NCBI GenBank assembly: GCA_965248925.1
Contig: CBDFLE010000006.1
Span: forward strand, 2,112,001 to 2,176,000
DNA: 64,000 bases
Reading direction: 5' to 3'
DNA from: Candidatus Multivoradales bacterium
GTDB lineage: Bacteria; Acidobacteriota; Thermoanaerobaculia; Multivoradales; J023
Both the position numbers and the translations under genes were made by a program. The first letter of the stretch is position 1, and each line of letters opens with the position of its first letter. The notes beneath the pieces are model-generated. The model was not told the origin of the DNA. It did no database searches and saw only the letters and a program-made list of their open reading frames with translations. This document shows positions 10,017-17,487 of this stretch, in pieces.

Positions 10017-10688
10017 CTAGCAGACGTCGCGGACGTATCCGTGCTGTTTCATGGTGTTGCCCTGGCCACTGGAAATTCCAGTATTGCTATTGGAGCTGCC
10101 GTTGCCACCGATGAAGTTGGTATTCGAGGAGACATGCTCCAGGCCCAGGTAGTGGGCGATCTCGTGGGCCATGGTGTTCCCCGAGTTGTTGAACGAGCCG
10201 TTCAGGGAGACCACTGAGCCGGTCATGTTCTTGGCGTCCTTGTCGGGGTCGCCATCGACCGCCGACCAGCCGTCGGCACCGTTCATGTTGCGCACCACGA
10301 AGACGTCGAGAAAGCTGTTGTTGACCGTCCAATCGTGGGTGAGGTCCCTGGCCTCACCTACAGAATCGATGGTGCGGTGGCTGCCCGCCTGGGCGTTGGT
10401 GATGTGCCACCAGAGGACCCGGCGGATGCCAATATCCACATCGTCGTAGATCTCCCGGGCGAATTGAATCGCGTTTTCGATCTCATTGTTGTTGGTATCC
10501 GTGAAGTCCTCCAGCCCTACTTTGATGATGTTGATACCCAAGCTCTCCCCCTGGCAGAGTTCGAGCTGACGTTTCAGAGAGAGGTCGCGACCCGGCCCGC
10601 CGTGGGCGAAGCCGAAGAAATCTCTTCGTACCCTGAACGGGGTCGAGGCCCCGACGCAGCTAGCGATGGATTTGAGACTCAGAGCCAT
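10017..10688 (-). CDS. Metzincin-type zinc metallopeptidase (M43/matrixin-like)
   Basis: HEIAHYLGLEH (HExxHxxGxxH); no signal peptide. Confidence 0.8.
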   Translation of the reverse strand: MALSLKSIASCVGASTPFRVRRDFFGFAHGGPGRDLSLKRQLELCQGESLGINIIKVGLEDFTDTNNNEIENAIQFAREIYDDVDIGIRRVLWWHITNAQAGSHRTIDSVGEARDLTHDWTVNNSFLDVFVVRNMNGADGWSAVDGDPDKDAKNMTGSVVSLNGSFNNSGNTMAHEIAHYLGLEHVSSNTNFIGGNGSSNSNTGISSGQGNTMKQHGYVRDVC

Positions 10689-10706
10689 GGTTGTTCTCCT
10701 TTAGTC

Positions 10707-11684
10707 CTATTGCAGGCCGACGAGGAGGGGAACCATGCCCTTGCCGGCAGCGAGCGGCCGAAGGGCCTTGCCGAGTACCGCGCCAAATGCCTTGGCGGGA
10801 TCCTCGGCACGCATGGCATACCCGGCGGTGGGAGACGTGGTCAGCAGATCTCCCACCCGAATGGGGCAGAGGTCGGCATCGACCTGGCAGAAAACCTTGC
10901 CGACCAAGGCGATGGGCAGGCGCCCCTCCCTGCTGGCCTGGCGATCGAGCACCAGACCCGGCTGATAGTCGCCAGCACCCGAGATCACTCCGGCGACCCG
11001 GCGATCGTAGGCCTTCGTACAAAGATCCATCCGCCCTTCGTCGTCGATTACCATGACGGCTCCGGCAGCGGTCTGCGCAATGTTGGCGATATCAAAGTCC
11101 TCGGCGCAGTCGGCATTGCGCAAGGTGATGTCGCCGGCCTGACCGTCGAGATGGATGGTCGCCTCGCTGAAACCGTCGTCATTGGACTTGTTGGTCGGGT
11201 AGAGGGCGATGTCGCCGTCCGTGCCGTTTCCTCCCAGGCGCAGGTTGCCTTCCTCACCGTTCAGATGCACGGTGGCCTGGGACTCGTTGCGGGCCGTGGC
11301 CTCCCTGGCAAAGAGAAAGATATCGCCGTCGGTGCCGTTGGCGCCCATCCACAGGTTGGCTTCGTCACCGTCGATGTGGACCGAATCGCTTCCGGTGGAT
11401 CTACGCAGGATGATGTCGCCGTCTTTGCCTCCGCCGCCCGCCACTAGATTACCATTGCGGCCGAGCTCGATGATCACGTCGCCCGTGGCGCTCTTGATCT
11501 TGAGATTTCCTTCGTCGGCCCCCAACTCGACGCGGGTGTTCCCGGAACCGTCTTTGAGAATGAGATCTCCATCGACGCCATTGCCTCCCAGAATGGCGTT
11601 ACCGTTGTGGCTTTCTAGCTTGAGGGTGATTTGGTTGGTGCCGGTCTTCTCGATATTTACCGTGCCTTCGAACGTTTCGGACAT
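10707..11684 (-). CDS. Gly-rich beta-repeat fibre-like protein with C-terminal Peptidase G2-like intramolecular chaperone domain
   Basis: Repeated GxNGxDGDI/HLxG units, then ADCAEDF..VAGVIS..PIALVGKV..GDLLTTS..GKAL. Confidence 0.65.
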   Translation of the reverse strand: MSETFEGTVNIEKTGTNQITLKLESHNGNAILGGNGVDGDLILKDGSGNTRVELGADEGNLKIKSATGDVIIELGRNGNLVAGGGGKDGDIILRRSTGSDSVHIDGDEANLWMGANGTDGDIFLFAREATARNESQATVHLNGEEGNLRLGGNGTDGDIALYPTNKSNDDGFSEATIHLDGQAGDITLRNADCAEDFDIANIAQTAAGAVMVIDDEGRMDLCTKAYDRRVAGVISGAGDYQPGLVLDRQASREGRLPIALVGKVFCQVDADLCPIRVGDLLTTSPTAGYAMRAEDPAKAFGAVLGKALRPLAAGKGMVPLLVGLQ

Positions 11685-11740
11685 AGGACATGACTCCTTG
11701 GTGGTACTTGTCCAGTGATTAGTTGCGTGCTTGCCTCTAG

Positions 11741-11757
11741 AGCAACGCTTGTGCCAA
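11741..11757 (-). promoter_or_regulatory. Sigma54 (-24/-12) promoter
   Basis: Minus strand TTGGCAC-AAGCG-TTGCT, matching TGGCAC-N5-TTGC, about 55 bp upstream of the 11684 start. Confidence 0.85.
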
Positions 11758-11870
11758 ACCGGGTCCCGAGACCCGCGCTCGACCTTCTTGTATCTTCCAA
11801 ACTGAACAAAACAATAGCCTCAAATGTCCTGTTCCCGCGCCGAGCCATCCTGCATCAGCGGCTGCAAGTG

Positions 11871-11896
11871 TCCCAGCTGAGCACGGGGAACTGGGA
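11871..11896. promoter_or_regulatory. Candidate enhancer (bEBP UAS) palindrome
   Basis: TCCCAG-N14-CTGGGA about 120 bp upstream of the -24 box, with an AT-rich tract (11790-11826) between them. Confidence 0.4.
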
Positions 11897-12059
11897 ACGG
11901 GCTGCCAACCCCGCCCACTTTGTTGGCTGTCCTTCGCCAACAACCTTCTCCACCCGCTGTTTCGGCGATCTACGGCCCATTCACCAGCCCTATCCTCTCG
12001 ACCGGCACAACCGACGGTAAGCCAGCGCGATCACCTGGCTGGCGGCGTTGGTCGACAGA

Positions 12060-12178
12060 GCAGTAGCGCGCGCAGAGCTCAGCCAACGCCGCCCGGGAAC
12101 CCTCCGAGCCGCCTTCGCCGGAGGCCGGCATCAGGCCCCACCGGGTGGTAGCAAAGGCCGACGACCGCAGCGATGAGC
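12060..12178 (-). pseudogene. N-terminal fragment of ECF sigma factor
   Basis: FATTRWGLM..GSRAALAELCARY is the typical start of FxTTxW-type ECF sigmas; truncated. Confidence 0.6.
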
Positions 12179-12211
12179 CATCTTTCTCGGTGCCAGACAC
12201 TTGTCGAACGG
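12179..12211 (+). repeat. 33-bp segment, 31/33 identical to 17079-17111 inside narC
   Basis: cat[c/t]tttctcggtgccagacactt[g/a]tcgaacgg. Confidence 0.85.
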
Positions 12212-12460
12212 AACTATTCGGAATTTCCGAATAGTTGCCTCCGGATCGACCTCACCCTCAGCGTAAATACCAGCTATATGTTGGTTTACGGTCGATACTG
12301 CGATCTGGAACAGCTCTGCCATGTGTCGCTGTGACAGCCAGGCACTGTGCCCTACCAGACGAACCTGGAGGCGCAGGGAGTCCTCGTGGTAGATGACGAT
12401 TTGACCCGCGGACTCCCCACCCACCGGGGTTGCCCCAGGGCTGCTCGGGTCAGTTGGCAT
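12212..12460 (-). pseudogene. rhuM: Truncated RhuM-family protein
   Basis: QIVIY..LQVRL..WLSQRHMAELFQ..TVNQHIAGIYAEGEV..EATIRKFRIV, cut at 12212. Confidence 0.75.
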
Positions 12461-12626
12461 AGTCGAGCCCTCCCGGAGCTTCGCGGATCCCCTTATTGAG
12501 GCGCTCGGACTCATCGAAGTGCTGCTCAAACTCCACCAGCGAGATTGGCCACTCCTCCGCCAGCGGAGCCCGGCTCTTCTCAGCCGGGGTCAGCCGGGAT
12601 TTGCTGGTCAAGGTGGCCATCGACAT
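12450..12626 (-). pseudogene. Chimera: AbrB N-terminus fused to HsdM-like C-terminal tail
   Basis: MSMATLTSKSRLT + FEQHFDESERLNKGIREAPGGLDYAN*, overlapping the rhuM start as in type I R-M loci. Confidence 0.5.
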
Positions 12627-12678
12627 GTCCTCCCGGTACCACCTCCACTCCTACTGGTCTCCGGGGGCTGAAGCTCGG
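12600..12678 (+). repeat. Direct repeat B, copy 1
   Basis: Colinear with 15910-15987 (ttgctggtcaaggt..atcgacat..cacctcca..ccggg.gctgaagc). Confidence 0.8.
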
Positions 12679-13003
12679 CCGTCAACAAAAACAGCCCGCT
12701 GAGGGAATCCTGAACCTGTGGAAAACCAGCCCCCCTCTTCCCCCAACCGCTGGCGGCGAGCCTGCACATTTCTAATTGTCGCCTGTGCACAGAAGTAGTT
12801 GACGTCAGGGGACTACCCCTGTCGCAAGCGGCTCACCGCTTGACGATACGCCTTGGCAAAAAGGCAATAGGCATCCTACTAAGCGGGGCGCTCCTAGTGC
12901 TTGTGGGAAAACGCGGCGGCTGGCTGGTCAAGACTTTCCGGCAGACTATCGATGCCGAAGAGGGTGGCACCACGGTCGGCCAGTTCGGCGTCGCAGATGG
13001 CTC

Positions 13004-14236
13004 CTAACATACGACATCGACCTGGCAATTCGGGGCTTCACCACTGAGCCTAAGAATTGACCAGCCAAAACGATGGTACCTATCCGCGAGGCGCGGTTCA
13101 ACGGTAGAGAATACGACTTGAAAATTCACCTCTCGCGAAAGAAAGAAACTCACATACTTCTCTAGGTTAGTCGAATCAAAATGTAGAACTGCCAGATTGA
13201 TCAATAAGAGCGTGGGCATCACTTTTGCGGTCAAACTCGCCATGGCAATTTGCATTTCCAATACGGATCGCGAGGCCATGCTGCCGGAAATCATATGGAT
13301 GGAAACTCCATCTTTCCAATTAAGATCATCACCCAATATTCGACGGGTAGCGCCATGAGAATCCACTCGCAGTCGAACATAAGTGCTAGAAACATATCTT
13401 CCGACTTGCGGCAGCAACCTGGGGACTACCAGAGGATTGACGTCCATATACTCAGCCAGCAGGTCAACATCGTCTAGCTCATCTTCCCACGAACTACCGG
13501 CCTCATCTCTTTTCCGTTTCAGAAACGACTCAAACATCTGAAGCATCAAGTGCCTCTCGTAATTGACAATCTCCATTGGTATCGGATTGAAGAGCACGTC
13601 TTCCCCATTCAAGAAGAACCTAAGCTCCTCAGAGTCGCGATACACGCGAACCATCTTTCTTGCGTATGCGTAAAAGGAAGCTGAGTATTCAACAGGCGCC
13701 GTCTTGCTCTTGTGAGCAGAGTCGTATGGCTGACTGCTCACGCCGAGCTGATCGACCCAGCGGAAGATTGTACTCTTGCCCGTTGCATTCTTGCCCACCA
13801 GCAACGTTACCTTACTTAGAGGGACAACCGTGTTGGTCACGAATACCGGATTCTCTCCGATTTCGAGCTTCTCGAGGCGATGAAGGGGAAGCCCTTCATT
13901 CTCAGCTGCGATCCGGGCCTCATGCTCATCGCGGAAGCTGCGTAGCAATCTGGCTGGGAACTTGTCGCCCCGATTGGCATCAACGACTCGGGCATGCAGG
14001 GCACATAGCCATATCCCGTTCTCTACGGATTGTCGCTCGTCCCCTGACAAGCCTCCCGCACCACGGGGGCCATCTGCAGATGCGCTAAAAATATGAGACG
14101 CTGACCCGGTCATCGACGAATCACCAGAGCCTGCTCCAGGGCCAATAGTAATCTTATCGCAACCCGAGAATGCGCAACGGTAGCCCGAGCGGGCGGCTAT
14201 CTTGCGCCTCGTTCCTGCGTCGAATTTTGCGGCCAT
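13004..14236 (-). CDS. HNH endonuclease fused to degenerate ABC-type ATPase (candidate defence protein)
   Basis: RCAFSGC..ASHI..GPR..NGIWLCALHARVVD (Zn-HNH); GKNATGKST Walker A; ISGSM signature-like; LLLIN Walker B-like; AT-richer than flanks. Confidence 0.75.
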   Translation of the reverse strand: MAAKFDAGTRRKIAARSGYRCAFSGCDKITIGPGAGSGDSSMTGSASHIFSASADGPRGAGGLSGDERQSVENGIWLCALHARVVDANRGDKFPARLLRSFRDEHEARIAAENEGLPLHRLEKLEIGENPVFVTNTVVPLSKVTLLVGKNATGKSTIFRWVDQLGVSSQPYDSAHKSKTAPVEYSASFYAYARKMVRVYRDSEELRFFLNGEDVLFNPIPMEIVNYERHLMLQMFESFLKRKRDEAGSSWEDELDDVDLLAEYMDVNPLVVPRLLPQVGRYVSSTYVRLRVDSHGATRRILGDDLNWKDGVSIHMISGSMASRSVLEMQIAMASLTAKVMPTLLLINLAVLHFDSTNLEKYVSFFLSREVNFQVVFSTVEPRLADRYHRFGWSILRLSGEAPNCQVDVVC

Positions 14237-14267
14237 TACCTATTCCCGTTCTCACGGACGGCGGATA

Positions 14268-14807
14268 TCAGGTAACCAGATCACTCAAGAGACGGTAGAC
14301 AGCCCACAGAAGTACGGCAGCCTGAACAACCACGACGAAGCCCTGAATCTGAGCCCACTTCACAAAGCTACGTGCTGACGCAGCAAAGTCACCCGACTGA
14401 GCCTTCGCCAAGCTACGCCTTACAAACCACTTGAGCGGTGGAAACATTGCCTTCTCCAACTCTCCAAAAACTATCTTGAAGTCGAGATCGAACTCAGCAA
14501 ACTTCTCACCGATCTCACGCCCAGCGGCGGAAGCTTCGGCTGCGCCTCGAAGTACTGTGGCAATGTACTTCTCGACAAGTCCAAGCACCACTGCGATCAA
14601 GAACAGCCTACCGGCTGCCCTCAAGGCAATGACGGGCAAGTGTGCCTGAAGCGAGCCCACATTGCTGATAAGGAATACCAGGGCCGCCGCGAATCCCCCC
14701 AGCAGCCAACTTGAGAAGCTATCCAGCGAAGCACTGCACTTGCCTGCCGCCTCCGATAGGAGTGCGCTCGCCAAGACCTTCTCGTGTACGTCCTCAGTGT
14801 CGCTCAT
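14268..14807 (-). CDS. Hypothetical membrane protein (about 3 TM)
   Basis: 179-aa ORF with three hydrophobic stretches; AT-richer than flanks. Confidence 0.7.
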   Translation of the reverse strand: MSDTEDVHEKVLASALLSEAAGKCSASLDSFSSWLLGGFAAALVFLISNVGSLQAHLPVIALRAAGRLFLIAVVLGLVEKYIATVLRGAAEASAAGREIGEKFAEFDLDFKIVFGELEKAMFPPLKWFVRRSLAKAQSGDFAASARSFVKWAQIQGFVVVVQAAVLLWAVYRLLSDLVT

Positions 14808-14966
14808 GGTTCAGATGCCCTTTCTCCGCCCAACGTCGAGTTCCGCTCCTGAAGGCACCAGCCGCTTGGTACCGAGTACGAGGTGAGTGGTACCCTACCC
14901 CCTTCTTCTGGTGCCGGACTGGCGGCTCGGAGTGTGGTTCACACGAGAGAACAGGCTGCGCCAGGA

Positions 14967-15203
14967 TCAGAGACAATCCCGTTTATCGGGCTCCACGTCA
15001 GGAGCCTTCTCTAGAACCGCCAACAACTTTTCTCGGCTGCCGCGCTTGGCCCGCTCCCTCAGGTAGTCAACCGTCCTGAGCGTCGCAACTTTCTCCGCCA
15101 CCGCCATAGTGACGAAATGGTCCATCGAGACGCCCTCCTGTGTTGCGACAGTCGCCGCTTGCTCGTGGAGTGACTCGGAGAGGTGTACGCTAATTCTGCT
15201 CAT
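14967..15203 (-). CDS. RHH/HicB-like antitoxin
   Basis: ISVHLSESLHEQA..EGVSMDHFVTMAVAEK; ATGA overlap with PIN gene. Confidence 0.8.
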   Translation of the reverse strand: MSRISVHLSESLHEQAATVATQEGVSMDHFVTMAVAEKVATLRTVDYLRERAKRGSREKLLAVLEKAPDVEPDKRDCL

Positions 15204-15636
15204 GGGACGACTCCTATTGTGTGCAGCAGCTGCCCAGGTGTGACGATAGCGACCCCGAACTTCTCGGAGCCCCTGAAGTCACGTTGATTGTATGTCACGA
15301 CGTAACCACACTGGGCCTTTACGGCCAGTTCCAGAAGAAGCTCGTCTTTGGGGTCGCGGAGGAAGGGGCGCCAGAGGAAGAAGATCTCGTGAGGCGCCGC
15401 GAGCGCGCAAATGGCGTCGATCAAGTCGCCGACATCCTCTGGCGTGAGGCCAAGCTCCGGTGCTGCCGCAGTAGCACGTCTTCGTATTCGAGAACCAGCG
15501 GCACTGACATGTGGACCTCGAATAGGCCGGTACCGATCAGGGAGAGCAGCTTCGATGCCGCGCCTCGGCGAGAGCGCTGGGCCGAGATGATGACATTGGT
15601 ATCGATAACGATCTGAGGTGTGGACACCTTGGACAT
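15200..15636 (-). pseudogene. PIN-domain toxin, frameshifted near 15460
   Basis: VIDTNVIISA..SVPLVLEYEDVL / ELGLTPEDVGDLIDAICA..LRDPKDELLLELAV..VTYNQRDF split over two frames. Confidence 0.8.
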
Positions 15637-15663
15637 CTTGGTCAGCCTCAGCTTCGGAAGCAT

Positions 15664-15936
15664 TCAGTCAACCAACTCGCAGGGGGCGCCCAGCTGGTGA
15701 TTCGCCGGCAGCACCCCGGCGAATCGCCTCGTCGAGTTCTTCCTCGCTCCGCGCCCGCTCCTCGGGGCCGAAAAGACCCCGTGCGTCGCAAGATCAAGGG
15801 TGGCAGCCTCTACCCACACCCGGCCGGATGGGCCTTTGCGGAATTCCAGCCGGTCCCCCCGATGCACTCCGAGATGTTCCCGGATCTCTTTGGGCAAGGT
15901 CAGCTGGGCTTTGCTGGTCAAGGTAGCTATCGACAT
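15664..15936 (-). pseudogene. AbrB/MazE/SpoVT antitoxin, probably frameshifted near 15785
   Basis: ATLTSKAQLTLPKEIREHLGV..GDRLEF; the typical tail RGLFG..SEEELDEAIRRG lies in another frame. Confidence 0.7.
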
Positions 15937-15987
15937 CTCCCTACGATATCACCTCCATCCTTACCTGTCGCCGGGAGCTGAAGCCCG
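15910..15987 (+). repeat. Direct repeat B, copy 2
   Basis: See 12600-12678. Confidence 0.8.
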
Positions 15988-16068
15988 AGACTACCGACGA
16001 GATCACCAGCCACCCGGCAGCACTTCTCACGACGCCTGTCGGGGAATCTGCCCTCCATCTGCCGCGGA

Positions 16069-16084
16069 TATGACAGCCGTCATA
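16069..16084. promoter_or_regulatory. Crp/Fnr-family box TATGAC-AGCC-GTCATA, class II position
   Basis: Palindrome centred at 16076.5, 29.5 bp before -10-like TAATCT (16106); same motif at 42404-42417. Confidence 0.7.
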
Positions 16085-16105
16085 AGGCCAACTTCGTCCT
16101 CGACC

Positions 16106-16131
16106 TAATCTCCTTCTAGATCAGGAGATAA
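16106..16131. promoter_or_regulatory. Candidate Rrf2 operator overlapping -10/+1
   Basis: ATCTCCT-N8-AGGAGAT perfect inverted repeat just upstream of rrf2. Confidence 0.6.
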
Positions 16132-16143
16132 GGAAGTCAACAA

Positions 16144-16587
16144 TTGTTTTCGATGACGGCAAGCTATGCCATGAGAGCCCTCAGCCACTTGGCGCAAGCC
16201 TACGGGTGCGGACCCTTGCCGGGTCGTGATCTGGCCGAACAGGCCGAGATCCCGGTGAGCTACCTGGCGAAGATCCTGCTGGTGCTCAAGCGAGCCGGGT
16301 TCGTCAAGACCACCCGCGGTACCGGCGGTGGCTATCGCCTCGCCCAGCCGGCGAAGGGAATCTCCCTGATGCAGATAGTCGAGCAATTCGATTCTCAGAG
16401 CGCCTTCAGCGGTTGCCTGCTCTATGGCGGTCGCCCCTGCTCACCAGACTGTCCCTGCTCCGCTCATAAGCGCTGGAGCAAGGTCAAGGATACGTACTTG
16501 AGCTTTCTCGAAACGACCACTCTCGACCAGATCTCGAACCCGGCCAGCCTGCCATCGCAGCCCGGCGCGGCGCATGAGAGCAAGTAG
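16144..16587 (+). CDS. Rrf2 family Fe-S transcriptional regulator
   Basis: YAMRAL, SYLAKIL, RGTGGGYRLA; C-x7-C-x3-C-x-C-x2-H. Confidence 0.9.
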   Translation: MFSMTASYAMRALSHLAQAYGCGPLPGRDLAEQAEIPVSYLAKILLVLKRAGFVKTTRGTGGGYRLAQPAKGISLMQIVEQFDSQSAFSGCLLYGGRPCSPDCPCSAHKRWSKVKDTYLSFLETTTLDQISNPASLPSQPGAAHESK

Positions 16588-16602
16588 TCGAGCCCCAGGA
16601 GG

Positions 16603-17487
16603 ATGTCGATGGTCGGCCATCACGCCAACAGCTTAGAAACCGGGAATAGAGCGGCCCGGTGGCGCTTTCTCGCTTTCGGTCTTGCCGTCGTCTTGGCGGC
16701 TGCAATTCCGGCCCATGTGGCGGCGCAGGAAGCTGCCGAAATCTTCCGCCAGAGCTGCGTCAGCTGCCACACCATCGGCGGTGGGCGGCTGGTGGGTCCC
16801 GACCTGGCTCAGGTCAGCGAGCGTCAGGAGCGCGAGTGGTTGATCGGCTTCATCGTCGACCCCAAGGGAGTGCTCGACAGCGGCGACTCCTACGCCCTGG
16901 AGCTGAAAAGTCAGGCCGGTGGCGCGCTGATGCCGCCGGTCGCCGGTATGACCCGCCAGCGGGCCGAGGCACTGCTCGACCTGATCCTGGCCGAGTCGGC
17001 CCTGCCGGAGTCTGAATTCGCCGGTCTCGACATCGGCGACGAGCCCTTCAGCACGGTCGATATCGAACAAGGCCGGCGCATTTTTCTCGGTGCCAGACAC
17101 TTATCGAACGGTGGCCCGCCCTGCCTCTCATGCCACACCGTGGGCAGCCTCGGAGCCCTCGGCGGCGGCCGCCTCGGTCCCGACCTGACCCGGGTTTACG
17201 AGCGTCTGCAAGGGCGCAAGGGCCTGGCCTCCTGGCTGTTGGCACCAGCCACCGAAGTCATGCGGCCGGTCTATGCCGAGCAGCGCTTAACCAACGAGGA
17301 GATCCTGCCGCTGGTGGCCTTCCTCGAAGACCAGGCGCGCCATGGTAGCGAGGATCCCGGTACTTCCCAAATCACATTCCTGCTGTTGGGCTTGGCTGGC
17401 GCGGCGATCGCTTTGGTCCTCGCCGATGCCATTTGGCGGCGGCGTTTCCGCGGCGTACGCCGGCAATTGGTCCGAGGTGAGCGATGA
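16603..17487 (+). CDS. narC: Membrane-anchored di-haem cytochrome c (NarC-like)
   Basis: Signal peptide, CVSCH and CLSCH with GPDL motifs, C-terminal TM; ATGA overlap with narG. Confidence 0.8.
   Translation: MSMVGHHANSLETGNRAARWRFLAFGLAVVLAAAIPAHVAAQEAAEIFRQSCVSCHTIGGGRLVGPDLAQVSERQEREWLIGFIVDPKGVLDSGDSYALELKSQAGGALMPPVAGMTRQRAEALLDLILAESALPESEFAGLDIGDEPFSTVDIEQGRRIFLGARHLSNGGPPCLSCHTVGSLGALGGGRLGPDLTRVYERLQGRKGLASWLLAPATEVMRPVYAEQRLTNEEILPLVAFLEDQARHGSEDPGTSQITFLLLGLAGAAIALVLADAIWRRRFRGVRRQLVRGER

Noticed and set aside
10335-11447. Long antisense ORFs (also 18294-19478, 21152-22573, 6469-6822, 44900-45724)
   Set aside because: Shadows of real opposite-strand genes in high-GC DNA, with no recognisable motifs
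10707-11684. Prophage
   Set aside because: No capsid, terminase, tail or integrase genes in the window
12957-12976. T-box-like GAAGAGGGTGGCACCACGG
   Set aside because: No complementary antiterminator half, stem I motifs or downstream amino acid gene
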